Of a stretch of DNA of 64,000 nucleotides, positions 11,791 through 26,842 are shown one piece after another. Below the pieces are notes generated by a model. It made no database searches and was not told the DNA's origin. It was given only the letters and a program-made list of their open reading frames with translations. The DNA is from Trichoplax adhaerens (taxonomy: Eukaryota; Animalia; Placozoa), in NCBI RefSeq assembly GCF_000150275.1, contig NW_002060964.1, forward strand, positions 1-64,000, in the 5' to 3' direction. How positions within the stretch are numbered: position 1 is the first letter of the stretch; each line of letters starts with the position of its first letter. Both the position numbers and the translations under genes were made by a program.

Positions 11791-14700
11791 TTATCCTCTA
11801 AACTGTGAATCTATGCCAAGATTATAACATTTATACGTTCTATTTTCATACAACTCAATATCATTTAGAATTGTAAAATTGGCAATTTCTGATATTATGC
11901 AGTAGATTGTAACTATCTTTATTTATTATTAGTCCTATAACTAAAAGATAGTACATTATTACGTATACCTTCCTTGGATTATATATTGCTAAGAATCTAT
12001 TTCGGTCATGTTGATCGTTTTTTTCTACATCTTTCTTTTCTGCGCTTCGATAATGTACATATCTGTGCATCGTAATTTAATTTTCTTAACAAACGGTAGA
12101 AGGAATTATAGCTCCGTATCAGATCAGAGTAATATCTACGACAAATTACCTTGGTTGTTGACGATGGCAGAACATATATATCAGATTATTTAAACAACCA
12201 CGATCGTAAGGATTAGGTATATTATTAAATTTTTGCGTGATCTATGATAATATAATTAACATCGTTAATAATTGTTATCCTAATTATACATGACCTCAAA
12301 AGTGGATTGAAATTGTATATTGATCGGTAGTATAATCACGTTACTAACATATTCATTGGTAGATTTATTAAAGGGGACTAAGTAACAATGGAAGCCAGTC
12401 AGTCCTATAACGGGTACAAGCATTAATCCACTTATGCTTAAACATGCTATACTGATTGATTTTGTTAAAGAAAGGTTATAACGCGTAGTAGTAACAGAAG
12501 AATGACAGTTAAACTATAGTAAATACTGTTAAAAGGATACGGAAAGGCAATCTCATCTCCATTAGAAGCTGCATAAATGATATGAATAACTGTTAGGGTG
12601 CATACAATAATTCCGTACGCTGTAATAGACAGTAATAAGATAAAGAAGTATCGGTAATTTCGACGTCCAATACAATTATGCAACCAAGGGCAATGATGAT
12701 CGAATCCCTAGAAAAAAGGATGAAATTTTATGGTCGTGAATGCATCGGTATATTGTGCCCCCGGTACTGTGATTAACGGATAATATCTTACATGATCGGA
12801 TAATTTATTATGATACAACTTTAAACTAACCTCAACACAACTGTCACAAATGCTGCAGTGAGATGTACGTGGCGGTCTATAAAAATGGCAGGTATCACAC
12901 CATTTAAGTTTAATGGAAATATCACGGATGGTTACGGTTTTATAAAGAGGTGTTCGAAAATCATCCTCAAAACTGGAATGCCAAAAAGCTGAAATTTAAA
13001 AAATTAAAGAAGTAGTCATTAGCAAGCTCAGCAATGAAAAGGCTTATGTTTCATGCTATGACTTAAGCATACACATGGCATATCATGTTTAAGGGCCACG
13101 TCAAAATCTCGTACTCATGCTATAAATTAGATAACATACACGCAATCCTCGTTAGGAAAATTGATATTGTAGATATTACCTCTAGGATAATAACCAGGGT
13201 CCATGCAAGCGACACGTAGAAATAGCGCAACGATGAATAAAAATATTGCAGCCATAACGGAAGTAATAACAATTCCAGTAGTATGGAATTCAATGATGTA
13301 ATATTGACAACTAAATAATAGCAATGCAAACGGTAACGTTAATGAACAACAATTAGTTAATATTGCTTCGATAACAAAGTGATTTGAAAGATAGAGTTTG
13401 CATTCAGAAATATTTGATCACAGTAAGGGGGTGATGAGTCTATAAAGCATATGTTAATTAGTGTATATATATTTTAATAGATGATAATAACAGAACAATG
13501 TAGAAGAGAATATTTGTGATATCGTGATCTTACAAATAGCATGCAAATGAAAATATTATCATATTGTACGTTGCAAGTGGAAGTCCTTATGCTCAAGGTC
13601 TGGTTTATTGGAGCATACCATTGCAATGTTAATATGACTAACCGAACATTTCCAGACCTTGACGCGTTTAGGGTATTTTGCCTGCTATTTTCGTCTACTT
13701 ATGCGATACGGTATTTGCTAATAGGACGCTAATGATGAGGTTATTCATCAGAACATAGTCGTAAACGTTGGAATTTAACATTGAATCTATCTATCTCCTA
13801 ACGATTGGTATTCGAGAAAAAAAGCTATTAAGGTGTAACCATAACAACTAGTCCAAACTGCTACCGGTAAGGTCCCCAAAATTGATTCATCTTGTATGTC
13901 ATTTTTGAACTCATTTTGATTGTAATGAAATATTGGACTCTTGAAATTTTCCTTTTCAGCATTTAAAGCATTACTTATCTCCCGGAAATAGAGACTATTT
14001 TCTTCTACGAGATTACCAACTATTAGCTTATTAGACAAAGCATAAAAATGTAGCCTACGCTATATATAACATATATATATGTACATTGTACAGTACGTCG
14101 TAACAATACACAAGTTGGGTAGAGTGGATCTTTAACCTAAAGTTACAATTTGATTTTTGTATGAGCCTGTAAGAAAAAGTTGACCATAGTACGTTAATAT
14201 AATCTAAATACGTTCAGAGCTCCTAGCCTATAACACGCACAGTCTAATTTCATAAGAATGGTTTTAAAAGGTAAAACTGTATCATAGTAAGTTATTGTTC
14301 ACATCAACTGTATGTACTGTACTCCTTCCAGGACAGTTTATTGCAATCTACTCCTCCGATGTAATAAGGTATAATTGAACTATCAAACTGCTCCAAACGG
14401 ATTCATCACCATCTTGTAAGCAATGGGTTGAAAACGGAGACTAATACCGGTTATGGAGAATAGAGAGAGTACGCCAAATTACATAACTATTTGTATATTG
14501 TACTGTATCCTTCTACTGGTAAAACTAGGCCAGATTGAATGAATGCGCCTGAAGTGATTCAACACTCTATCCTTTCAACGTAGAAATCAAAGAATAAATA
14601 ATTTTTTTTCCATCAACGGACAATATTCAACCATTCACTGACGATCGCGATTGGAACGCTTATAGATTATTAGACTGATTGCACAATGACTGCATTCATA

Positions 14701-15127
14701 TTGTCCTATTTGTAGTAGAGCTTGAAAGAGTCTGGGTCTTATTACATTTTCATATAGGTGATTACAGTACTCTTCAAGAGTAGAACTGGCTTCGAAAACA
14801 AAGCGGCAGTCCCTACTAGAATGATTATTTCCATATCATTGTACTAGACTCCATTTGTAAACGATCGATCTTGGAAGAGTCCGGATCTCATCTCGTCACC
14901 AGAAGTGTCCTCTACTACTGTTGCGATCAAAGTAATGAACTGGCTGGAAAAGAAAGCCAAGAGACAACAAAAGGACAAACTTACGTTGAGGCAAAAAATC
15001 CAGCACTTAAAATTAAGAGGATGCTGAAAGCCATGACTACTGCAAAATACTCTTTAATAATCGATCGAATTGGCGTAAAATGCGTCCTTTGATCGTTGTA
15101 TCCATTTTTCTTTCGTTTGACCGCCAT
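11724..15127 (-). CDS. ZDHHC8: DHHC palmitoyltransferase, ZDHHC5/ZDHHC8 clade, multi-exon
   Basis: [93 protein letters not shown]; ends in YEATV* (vertebrate ZDHHC5/8 end in YEISV). Probably co-orthologous to both paralogs. Confidence 0.9.
12452..12540 (-). other. U12-type (minor spliceosome) GT-AG intron in ZDHHC gene
   Basis: 5' splice site GTATCCTTTT, branch-like CCTTTCTTTAAC at 12475-12464, AG about 12 nt downstream with no polypyrimidine tract. Splicing restores the frame ([12 protein letters not shown]). Confidence 0.88.
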
Positions 15128-15261
15128 ATCCACTAAAAATGAGATTATTGGAAAGGAGAATGACTGCTAGACATGATAGCCACTCTTGCAAGTTGACATG
15201 GAGTGGAGGCTCAGTCGCAGGAAATGGCTTGAGATTGGTCCAAACTCTATTCTACTAGTCG

Positions 15262-15328
15262 ATACAGTACTACAGTACTGTACATTGTGCACCAAGCCTA
15301 GCCAACAGTACAGTACAGTACTGTACTA
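15262..15328. repeat. (TACAG)n/(CTGTA)n array in ZDHHC-HIRA divergent intergenic region
   Basis: ATACAGTACTACAGTACTGTACA and ACAGTACAGTACAGTACTGTAC, about 135 bp upstream of the ZDHHC ATG. Confidence 0.85.
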
Positions 15329-16729
15329 GGACCACAATCAGTAGGATACAGGTACGTCGTGGATGGCTGGCTCAACAGTTTAGTAAACACCTTTTGTTAA
15401 GCGCAGGCTAGACGAGACTGCTTTGATGGCCTAGACAAATGTTGATGTGTGGTGTTTAAATATGGCTTCTTTACCGCTATTTGGGACTGTATGACGCTTT
15501 GATCAAGCGCTAGACTGAATGGAATACAGTAGGTAGAATGAAGAAAGTAACAGGAAATAGGCCAATCAACGACACTACCACTTTATAGCATTTCATTCTC
15601 ATCCTACTGAAGGTACAGCGACTGTCTTCGTCAGTATCTACCTTTGCCTTCGTATCCATTGCATGAATATCGGTCATGATTACTCATGATAGTATACTAT
15701 TTGTTTCTGCACTCTGCTCGATTCGTAAACTACTGTACACTACTGTACTCCACTATATGCGGATATATTTCCACCTCAAACCAACCAATCCATTGGTGCA
15801 TCGCTATTGCACTTTCCATCGAGAGACTGCTAAGCAAGTCCTGGTCTCTGCCCACTATCCATTCTTGATTCGGTCATTCGAGTTTGAGATAGTATCAAGG
15901 AGCTCGTTGCGCTCATGCTATGCGAGTAGTAGTCTGCTAAAAGCAAATTACTATACGGTCTACACGAATGGCTCGTTGATCGATTACTTACTTTATCGCT
16001 TTTCTTATATTCTAATTATATATGACCGTCAAAATGGCTCTGTTGCCAGTAGTGATTGCACCGGCTAACAAAAGGTTTACCCGAAATGGAATCCCTCCTT
16101 GCGAGTAATGTCTTTTCACTCGCACATCCAAATTGGACAACAGACTGTAGAATCGACAATGCTCATGACCAATGTGAAAGAAAAGCCTGGGATCAACTTG
16201 GAAAAATAGTGAGAATCTACTCGGTCTCTGTCCTAGTAGAAATTATTACTTCAACTTTCTTTTACCTCTATGCTCCCTCCATTGCGCTCGAGCTCGGACT
16301 GAGTCCACTCAGTATCACCGTCGATTCAAGTGGTATTGTAGGATCAACGCGCGCCAAGTTGACTATTTTCCAGCTTACTGTACAATACATGCGATAGTGT
16401 CCTATACGATGGTATGACAACATCAACATCGCTGCAAGTCAATAACCGAATAATATGACAACATCAGCGGACGCCGTATGTCTCCACGATGTCAAGTGCT
16501 ACCGTGTTATGACTGTCCAACCGTCCGTCTGCACACTCATCTTACTGAAGCGTACCTTCAATACGCGTAAAAGGTACAGTACGCCGTCGTCCATGTCTTT
16601 GTGCTGACGTTGAGTGGATCCATTTCCTTGACCAGCTTATTCTGTAGTGGAAGTTCTCTCCTTCTCTTTACCTTGGCTAATGTTAACATCATTTGCCAGA
16701 GCAATTATCCACACGTCCATACACTTGAA

Positions 16730-19700
16730 ATGAAGCTAGTCAAGCCAGATTGGATCGAACATGAAGGTAGCTATGGTGTATTCAATCATGACCGGTAGAG
16801 ATGAATGTTTTCCATCGACAGGCATTTTTGCATGTTGACCTTGATATTAATTATAATTATTGGCCAAGAAATGGCATCATTTTGAATCATCATCTTTATG
16901 CATTCACCAACCTCAAAGAGGGTTCCGTTATCCTATCGGACTAACGGATAGGGAAGAGATAGCGATCATGTCCACAGTGTTAGCAGGAGTGGACAGTTTA
17001 ATAATTGTAATCATCATGGACGGTGTCCAAACAACAAATTGAATTACATGTCCTACTGCCATACTGTATTTGGCACGCTATCCGCTACAGGACCACATAC
17101 TCTCCTTGACAGTGGAGTCAATCCAAACAAGTCTAGTGTTAGCTGTTGCAGCAAGCCTTTAGTTCTGATGCTACATCATTTTTTCCATAGGGAATAGGAG
17201 TAATCCATAACCCTTGCTTGCTCGATTTCTTATTATCGGCCATTTTTACCTTTAGCTTATACAAGTCCTCAATTGGTATTGTTTGCAGTTTCCATTCTTG
17301 TTACGATGCAAATGATGACAAGATTATTCTTGTGTATATGTATTATACATGATTATACTCTGCCGATACAACATTTCTTATCCTAATTACTCTATGATAA
17401 TACTAGTACACACACATAGTGATTAGTGGAAATAATCATCATATTGACAAGTTTTCTTACCTTTCTACTACATAGTCAATGCAACGGACACACTTATTTG
17501 CACATCATGTATCTCACTCACAACGACTGGAATATGAACAATGCAGCGTACGCATTCAAGTTAGAATGCTTTATTTCTACTGTTACAATTGCGCTTTAGT
17601 TATTTTTTTTTCTTAGTACTTCATCTTTGCCTACATAAAAGACAAGCTTTAAAATAATGTTAGCATGCACGCGTACAATTGTACACTTGTACATGCAAAT
17701 TACAAACGCTAACATAACATAAGCAGCCACTCTCCTTTTCCGACTTATGGTTATGACGAATTATCTGCATTAGATGAGTATTGCATCAGCAGCTTGTCTC
17801 AAATTAATTACCATAAGCAGAACGGGTAGAAATAAGAGTATCAATGCTACTCCGCTATTCAGTTGAATTTCTTGACGGCACAATTTGGTATACTTTATGC
17901 TCCAACATAAACAAACGCCAATCGTTTTGAAGTGACGCTATGGCTGGCTGCAGTGAATTTGGCGTACAGCATCTCATCGACTATAATCAGCTAACCCTTG
18001 AGCAAAAGGAATGAAATGAAACATAGTTCTGTATTATCATCTCATTGAAATCGTCTCAGTCAATTGTAATCATTGTTATTACTTTGTTGAGCAAGTCGTA
18101 TAGAAGCAAAATTATACTATTGCTACGCAAGTGGTAAAGTTTCAAATATTGAAAGCACTGAAATGCTCTGTTGATGCTGAAATTGTTGATTTATTCCAAA
18201 GTGGAGCGTAGTAGATGCAGTAGTTTACCTCGTATAACGACATTGCTTTCACCTAAACTGTTGAATTAAATGATTACTAGGCGGTGCTATCTACTCACTT
18301 GATATTCATCCAGATGGTTCGCGCCTTGCTACTGGAGGTGCAGGTTGGTGGATTATTAATATAATAATCATATCATAATCATAATATATGTGCTGTAGTC
18401 CTTGTATTAACTGCAAACGGAACCATTATTCTATGAAGCTTATCTATTCAACATAAGGTGTAGTGAATGATCGCAATTTAGTAATCGAACTTCATATTTT
18501 ACCCTCACACCCTATACAACAGTAATTGCCTTAACTACGGCATAAACTCTGCAATTGGCAATAGCTAAAAGCTTTTATTATGTCTATTAGAGGCTATCTG
18601 TATTAAGAAGTCTATGAGAACTTTATTTGCTTGCGAATATTGTACTAATAATTATGGAAATACAATGAAAATAACGGATTGATTAGAAATAGTTAGCTTG
18701 AACTTTGGATAATTTTTTTAAAATATGACTAGGTAAAGGCTGCGGAGAGATTTGCATTTGGAATATGACCCCACTAAGAATGGAAGAGGAGGAGAAGAAT
18801 GAAGCGTGCGATAGATTGTTGTGTAAGATGACAAATCACTCAGGTATTGGCGGTAATTGTGGAATTAATGGATGAGCTTGAGTTCACAAGTTTTTATCGA
18901 AATTAGAATGTCTTTGTACTCAATAATCCTATTATTGTAAGGCTATACCTATAATAATGATCGTTAATTGATTCTTTGTAATAGATAGTGTAAATTGCGT
19001 TCGATGGTCAGCTAGTGGTAACTATCTAGCGTCCTGTAGCCTTGGTATTGTGATAATTTGGCATAAAAGGTAATCAAGACTGAATAGTGCTCGTCAAGCA
19101 ACTCGTATTTAGTTGATAATTAATCAGTAGCTGACGTGGCTAAAATGGGACATTCGTTCAATTATAGCAGAGTTAAAGGATTCTTTAAGAAATATTTTCT
19201 ATTAAATGTTATAATGTCATACATGCGATATAGAACATGGGTTTTATTGAAGATATACGTTTTAAATATATGCCACCTTCTTAATTTTACTGTAACTAAG
19301 ATAAATACCTTGCATAATTGCTCTTTGTAAAATTGACTACTGATAGCACTATCTCGATATTTGCTGATTTACTTCAAGCAGTGTTGAATCTAGTACTATA
19401 TTTGGTGGAGGCAGGAATATTGAGAATTGGACGTGCTCTCATATGTTGCATTCACATAAAGAAGGTGAAGGGGTTTATAAAAATTGTTGAAAGTTTCAAT
19501 CTGATGTAATTTAATCGAGGCTTACGTCTTCAATACCGAAGTATAGATGTTCTTGACTTAGCTTGGAATACAGACGATTCTATGCTTGCAACTGCAGGAA
19601 TTGATGGGGTGATTCTTGTTTGGAATGCTAAGTGCTTCCCAGGTATAGTATTTATTGGATGCTATCTGTTAGCCGTACAGAACATCAGGCTTAACTATTT

Positions 19701-22700
19701 TAAAATTGGCCTATGAAAAATATACTATATTAGACCGTAGAAATGAAATCTGTCAACACAAAAGCAATAATTTTAGACAAACTGCGTATATACCTCGATA
19801 CTATAATGTTTAAATAAAAACCTGAATTAGATACATATTACAAAAGATTTCTATCGCTCTTTTGAATCTATTCTTCAACACAAAAAAATAAATTACAGTT
19901 AATCTTAAATTTTAATGTTATATTTAGAAATTATATCAACTATTACGGATCATCAAGGCAGTGTAAAAGGCCTTACTTGGGATCCTATAGGAAAATATTT
20001 AGCATCTCAGGTTGTGTAGTAATCTCTGTCATTTATGTTATTTGATCCAATAATAGCTCGCTACAAAATGTAACAGATGGAATATTTTCTAATTAATAAA
20101 TGTAGTCGATTGATAAATCCTTACGTGTATGGAGGACAATAGACTGGAAACAGGAGGTCGCTATTACTAAACCATACTTGAAGGTGCTGTAGATTTTACT
20201 CAAATGAACATAAGTACATGCTGTCGAATTTATCTCACTGAATCTAAATGACTATTTGATGATTTTATCAACAGACTGGTGAAACATCTTTTTTCCTCAG
20301 AATAAGGTACTTGCCGTTCATTAATGTCTGCAGCTTAAGATACAATATAATGAGACTATGCCATAACCAGTGTAACTTTGTTCTACGTTGTAGCTGGTCA
20401 CCAGACGGCCAATGCTTGGTATCGTCTCATGCCGATAATAACGCTGCTCCGGTAGCTAAGATTATCGAGCGACGCGGTTGGAAAGTTGATAAAGATTTTG
20501 TGGGTCATGAAAAAGCAGTTTGTGCTGTGGTAAATTCAAGTAGCTATATTTCAGATAGCATTTTATATAATAGTAACAGCCATCACTAATATTAATACCG
20601 TTAAATACCGTTCAGAAATTTAATCCGACCTTATTTCATGAAAATGTTCCTACAGCAAGTAAATTTGATGTAAGCTTTGCTGTTAAGTATAGTTACGGTT
20701 ATTCTACTTTTCATTATAAATCTATTGATGTGAACATTACAAATGGTTAAAAAATTTTTCATAAAAATCTTTTATAGATTTGTTGTTACTGCGCTCTTGG
20801 AAGCCGTGATTGCTCGATTTCTGTTTGGGTAAAATCTTGATATCATAGCAGGAATTAATTAACCAATATCATAGACCCTAAAGTTGTATGTTCATTATTT
20901 AAATAATGAGATGCGTTTGTTACAATTTTTCAATTTAGTCGACTGCTCTACAGCGACCGGTGGTTGTAGTTAATAATCTCTTCGATAGTACCGTAGCGGA
21001 TTTAACCTGGTATAAAGTGCTTGATTATACAGATGTAACGTGCAATTGTACCTATCGTGACTTAAATTGTTTAATACTTGACTAGGAATTCATCCGGTAA
21101 CGAGTTATTAGCCTGTTCTTTGGATGGCTCAGTAGCTTACTTTAGTTTCTCTGAAACGGAATTGGGAAAATCTCTAACAGAAAATGAAAGGGTGATAAAA
21201 TTAATTGATTGATAAATTTTTTTTGTCATTTTTAGTTATAACCTGTTAATACTGTGTTTCATATTAATTTGTTATTAGCTAATCTATTTTTTCCTGGTTC
21301 TTACAATGTAATAATAACTCTTCTATCACTCTTCCTAATACAGGCAAAATTCTTTCATAAACATTACGGAATTAATCCTAAAGTTGATGAGAATGGAATG
21401 AATGTCGGAAATGCCTTTGTTGTTGAAAATCCTGACGTATTTCGAAATCAAGTAGAACAGAAAAAATTACAACAAGCGTTGTCGCATAGAACAGAGTCAG
21501 ATACTACTTCCAACAGTAAGTCACTGCAGCTTTATCTACCTTCCTTCTTATTTGAAATTATACTATATTTTAAATCATGAAATATTATGAAATAGTAACG
21601 AAAAGGTTTTACTAACAATCAATAGCTGCAATTGATCTCATTGATAATTTATTTGATAGCTTTCTCTCCGCCAATTCTTAATAAGCCTACTGTAGCCAGA
21701 AGTATTCCTGTATGTACTTGCAATATGTATCCGCATCAATATTGGATACACTTCATGTTATAGTCATTTTATCAAATATTAATCTAATTATAGAGCAATG
21801 TAAAAGATCGTCAAATCGAAAGAAAAACTGGTGATGGCCGACGGAGGATAACACCTTTTACGATTGCTACATCAAATACAAGTGGGTTAGTCCAATAAAT
21901 ATTTATTCGGAGATTACATATACGAATGATGTCGCTATATACAATACGATATCTGTAAATCTTTAAACCTTGCTCCTTCTAGTATCGTAGATAATGAATA
22001 CTCCGCCAATATACTGGATAAACCAAATTCCGTAAGATAATATATCCGATAGATATCATTTAACCTGGCAAGTTTTAGTTACCATACATTTACGTATTTT
22101 AATAGATTGAAAACATGGAACCTGATCGGTCGATTGTACCGTTAATAATGCTGTAAGCATAGCATCAGATAATACTATATTAACGAAAGAATCTGATTTC
22201 TTGCTAGAAATTTACCGTCTATTACTTACCGAAAATAACATCTTATCGTATTCCTACTTTATAGTAAAAGAAATGCTGATACTAGCATAGACCGTGACGC
22301 TCGGAAAAAGTTAAAGTTTAAAGGTCTGGATTATAGTATACTTTTTAACTTATTTTGATATATTCTAATGGAAATATTACTTTTTGTAACTATTTACCTA
22401 CATACTCGTATACACATAAAATTAAGGTGTGCATGAGTTGATGTCGAGCACATCCAAAAGCGATGCTCACAAAGAGATGTACTGTCATTGCGATAGTCAT
22501 AGTAGAAAAGTAGTAGCTACACGCTTTGAACCATCAACTGCAGGATCCTATTTTTAATGTTAGATATTCTATATCTAGATATGGATGGAGTAGGATCAGA
22601 AAGTGGAGACGCCGCTAATAAGGTAGTTAGGAAGTGGTATAATTCATCGACATGATGTTTAATTTAGCGTTTCCTGTTAAGCCTATAATTATATATCACA

Positions 22701-25350
22701 TGGAATACTGGTAACTGCTCATATGATTGACCTTTAATGTTGATATATATCGGGATTGGATTTTCTAGATGTCAGAATCTGAAACTGAATGGATAAAGTC
22801 TGTTGCACTCAAGGGAATACATTCAAAAGCTGTGCTACCTATACCCGAAATAATACAAAAATTAACTCTACAGGTTGATACTTTTGTATTAATTTACTGT
22901 TGAAGAACTATTTGTTAATATTGCCACCTCATATGCTTATTTTTAGATTAATTGTGCAAGATTAAGCGGAAGTATAAATTCTGTGACTGTTGAAGTGATA
23001 AATGGCGAATCGTCAGGTATTAACCATGACTACATTATCATCTGATAAGAATGAATATTACTATGAATGGGTTAATAATGAATATCGGTAAGTTTTAATT
23101 TACATTACTTTAATTATCTCTATGTTCATTATAATCGTAGACCCGCGAAGCAAAATAAAGTGTACATCCAATGGCAAAATTTTGTGGGATGGTGCTTTAA
23201 ATGGCAAGGTCTTATCTATTGCTGGTAAAAGGTTAGTGTTTTGACTTGCATTTCAATACGAATTTTAGTTCGCATTTAAGGAGAAAATAACTTTTTTATT
23301 AATACTAATGTGATTTTGGAAATCTAGCAACTTTATCTGTGTAGCCTGCAGCAATAGAACTATAGTTGTCTTTACAATAAATGGTCGGCGGTAAGAGGAT
23401 AAAGAATATAAATTTATTATTTATTCTTTTCTATAATTAATAATCTAGGATCGTTCAATGAAGATTATAACCGCTCTAGTATTACAGTATTTTAGTATCA
23501 ACTTTCGTACATTATTATTTTTTTAACTTTTTTAAAAGTATTTAAAATTATGTAGTCCTTAGTCTTAACTGCTCAATTACGAAATTTTTGATGTTCATTC
23601 CAGGCTTTTTCCAGTTTTACAACTTGACGAAGCTGTCGCTTTATTACATTGCAATGATCACCATGTCCTCGCTATAACCAGAACTGGCGATTTATATATC
23701 TGGTACGATGCTAGAAAATACTATACTTAATAATGGTAATTGTAGCACGTAATTATTACATGCAGTAGCATTTAACTCTAACTATCTTTTCTTAGGAACT
23801 GTATTCTAAAGACAAACGTTGTAAGTAGACAAACTATTTGTCCGGTTTTGGGAGGTAAATACGTGCTGACAATGATAATTAAAATTAAAATAATTCTGTA
23901 ACTGATTTTTCATCGGACTATATTTTTGTAGATTCAAACCTAAAAATTATAGAAATTGAGGTTTCTCTGGAAGGTTTGCCAATATTATGCATGTCTGATG
24001 GCAGCGCATACTTATTCAGCAAGGATTTACGAACATGGTGATTATACCATTTATACCGGGTCAGCAAATTTGCAAAAATTTTCAAAATTCATTTTACATC
24101 AATCTTTAGGGTATTACTTTTCGACGGATCGGATGTGTCTGTCCGTAATATCTTCTCAGCTAGTTCGACCACATGTCATGGACGAAGTTTACCACCTAGA
24201 GGCCAATTATGGTCTTTGCAGGAGCGTTCGCGCTCACAAACGAAGTCCATCAGGTAAGTTGTTTAAATCTGTTGATTACAATTATTCGTAAGATACGTTG
24301 AAAACAAAATAGCGGTTAATTTTATGGAGCTATCCATATTAGTTAATCACTACACTATACGAGTATTTTTAAATATTTGTCCGCAGTAGTGTTAAAAACT
24401 CGAAGGCTAGAAGTTTTGATAGTAAATCCGATGATTTATTGTACATGCGGTACTTGGAGGTTAGTGCTGTTGTAGAATTTTTGTGACTTACTTATCGTTT
24501 ATGTAGTATGGAATTCTTACACTAGATCTCTACATTTTCAGAATCAAATAAATGCAACTTTAGCTATAAATTCAGCTGAGGAATATGAATATTGGCTGTT
24601 ATTATATGTTCAGTTGTTGACGAAGCGAGGTAGGAATTATAAGACTCAAAATCTATTTCATCAATTCGATACCTCTGCAATAATTTCAGCGACTGATATA
24701 GACCGATTTCGATTGGTCGATTCCATTTTTATAGAATATGAAAACAAAATTGAAGAGATTTTTCAAACGGTTACGTCTGAATATCAAAGGTTTTATTCTA
24801 AAAATTTGCCTTAAATTATTTTTGTTGACATTTGTTAGAGTTCTCATAATAGTTCTATAATTTTAACTAGATTATTCCGAAGTGATCTTAATCCTAAAAA
24901 AAGCAAAGATGTAAGTAGCCAAGCAATTTATTAAAAATCGTTGAAATTTATCGGCCTTTCATATAATTAAGAAAACAGTTCTAATCTCCGGAAATTTTGT
25001 GTTTTGCAACGATATGTAGGGGCCTCGAAAGCTACGGGAAGAAATTGTAAAAATAGTCGGTAAGCGAAATGCAAATCTTACACGCTTCCTAATGTGCAAA
25101 CGTGTTACGAAAGTATCTGCTATTCGGTAGTTTTGATTAGTACAAAAGTGTAAATACACATTGTTCTATCTCTGTAATTATATCAATCTTGATTGCACTC
25201 AAATCAAATAACGTTTAATTTAAATGTTACTATATGAACTTCGTGTCAAATCAAATTGAGTTGTTTATTCAATTCGTATTAGGTAACTGTCCTCGACTAG
25301 AAAGACTCTTTTCTCGACTAAATGATCAACTTAATGATATAGTGGATTAA
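16730..25350 (+). CDS. HIRA: Histone H3.3 chaperone HIRA, >25 exons
   Basis: MKLVKPDWIEHEGGAIYSLDIHPDGSRLATGGAG; WD40 repeats (DHQGSVKGLTWDPIGKYLASQ, SWSPDGQCLVSSHA, YCALGSRDCSISVW); B-domain QIERKTGDGRRRITP; C-terminal YLENQINATLAINSAEEYEYWL. TAA ends 25350. Confidence 0.95.
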
Positions 25351-26842
25351 CTAAACTGGCTACAGTAATGAAACTTCAGTGAAATCTTTTTTTGTAACGG
25401 AACTAAAACCAAATTATCATTAGATGATCTTTGAGATATACAAGTATTTTGTATGAATTTAATTATTATTGTAACATTTAGACTCCACTGAGGAGTGAGT
25501 TACGATTCATCTGTGCATACTACATTACTGTACTTACCATTAAATAGATACGATAAACTACCCATATTATGTTATAGTTCTCTTGTCGGTACTCAAATCG
25601 TAACTGGAAACTGTTGCATACCATTGTTGTAAAGCTCTTAGTCGCAAAATTATTTCATGCTATAATATCTTTTGTGACAGATGCGTCAGGTTATTAACTC
25701 AATCTAGTAATCCTATGATAAGGATTATAAAGATTGTACATGATATTGCTGAAACTAAATTTTGCCTAACTCTGATACTGTAATATACAACGTTAGAATA
25801 TCACTTTGCTGTTGATCTAATCTATAGTGCCTGACACATCTAATATCGGTTACCATAAAGGTTATATGAGAGTGCAGGTAATTGCCGTTTTGTATTTTAA
25901 TTATATTGTACTGTTAAAATATTTCTTTTATATAATATTTCGAGCTTCTACTGTCCTATATTATTATCCTATATGACGACAACATTGTTTATCTGCGTGT
26001 CATTTCACCAATCTAAAGTCAATAAAATTTTGTGGTACCTTAATGCCTAGTATCAAAATACATTCTCCTAGTATATTTGAACTTGCAGTTCGATGTGAAT
26101 AGTATTTTTTACTAGTCTACGCTATATTTGTTACTTAACCCAATGGTTCATGAACTTCTATATTCTGTAATATGCCAGCAGATGCTGGAATCCCGCCTAA
26201 AATTAATCAATACGTGTAACTCCAAGACTTACAGCGTACATTATAATACTAGCTTTAGATGACACTGTGATGGATTATATGTCACTTGTAAGAGTTTATA
26301 CAATTCGGATTTTAACGTGTCATTTCGACGCAGTCATGATGTTGTTGCTGCAATTTACGTTGTTAAATAAAGTACTTTTATTGTTGTTTCCTTTCGTAAT
26401 TACTTTAATTGTTGCACGTGTAAATGGCCCTAAATTTATAATAAATAGAGACCACTATGCGAATTGAAAGATTCATTTGCATTGGCTATGGGCAATTATC
26501 CAATAAAAGAAAAATCTTTTTATTGAGTAGGCGCAGTATGTAGCCTAAACAGTTCTTAGCGCCGAGTCCAAATCATTTAATTTATGCATACCTACTATTA
26601 ATAGATTAATAGATATCATCATATGTACTGTACCTGAGATTAGATTATTTATTGTTTTGTTTTAGTAGTCAAGTACAATAGTACGTACACGGCAGTAGCG
26701 GATGCATAGTGTAAGTCCTATAACTCTGATAGTATTCAGGAACCCGCGCAAAATCAAGCTGAAAATAGATCACAGTTAATAACTGGCAGTATTGTATCGA
26801 TATTTGATAACTGCAAGCTTAATTACTTGGTAACAACTCAAA

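Noticed and set aside
15676-16397. 130-aa and 113-aa ORFs between ZDHHC and HIRA
   Set aside because: No homology recognised; probably HIRA 5' leader or promoter DNA with higher GC.
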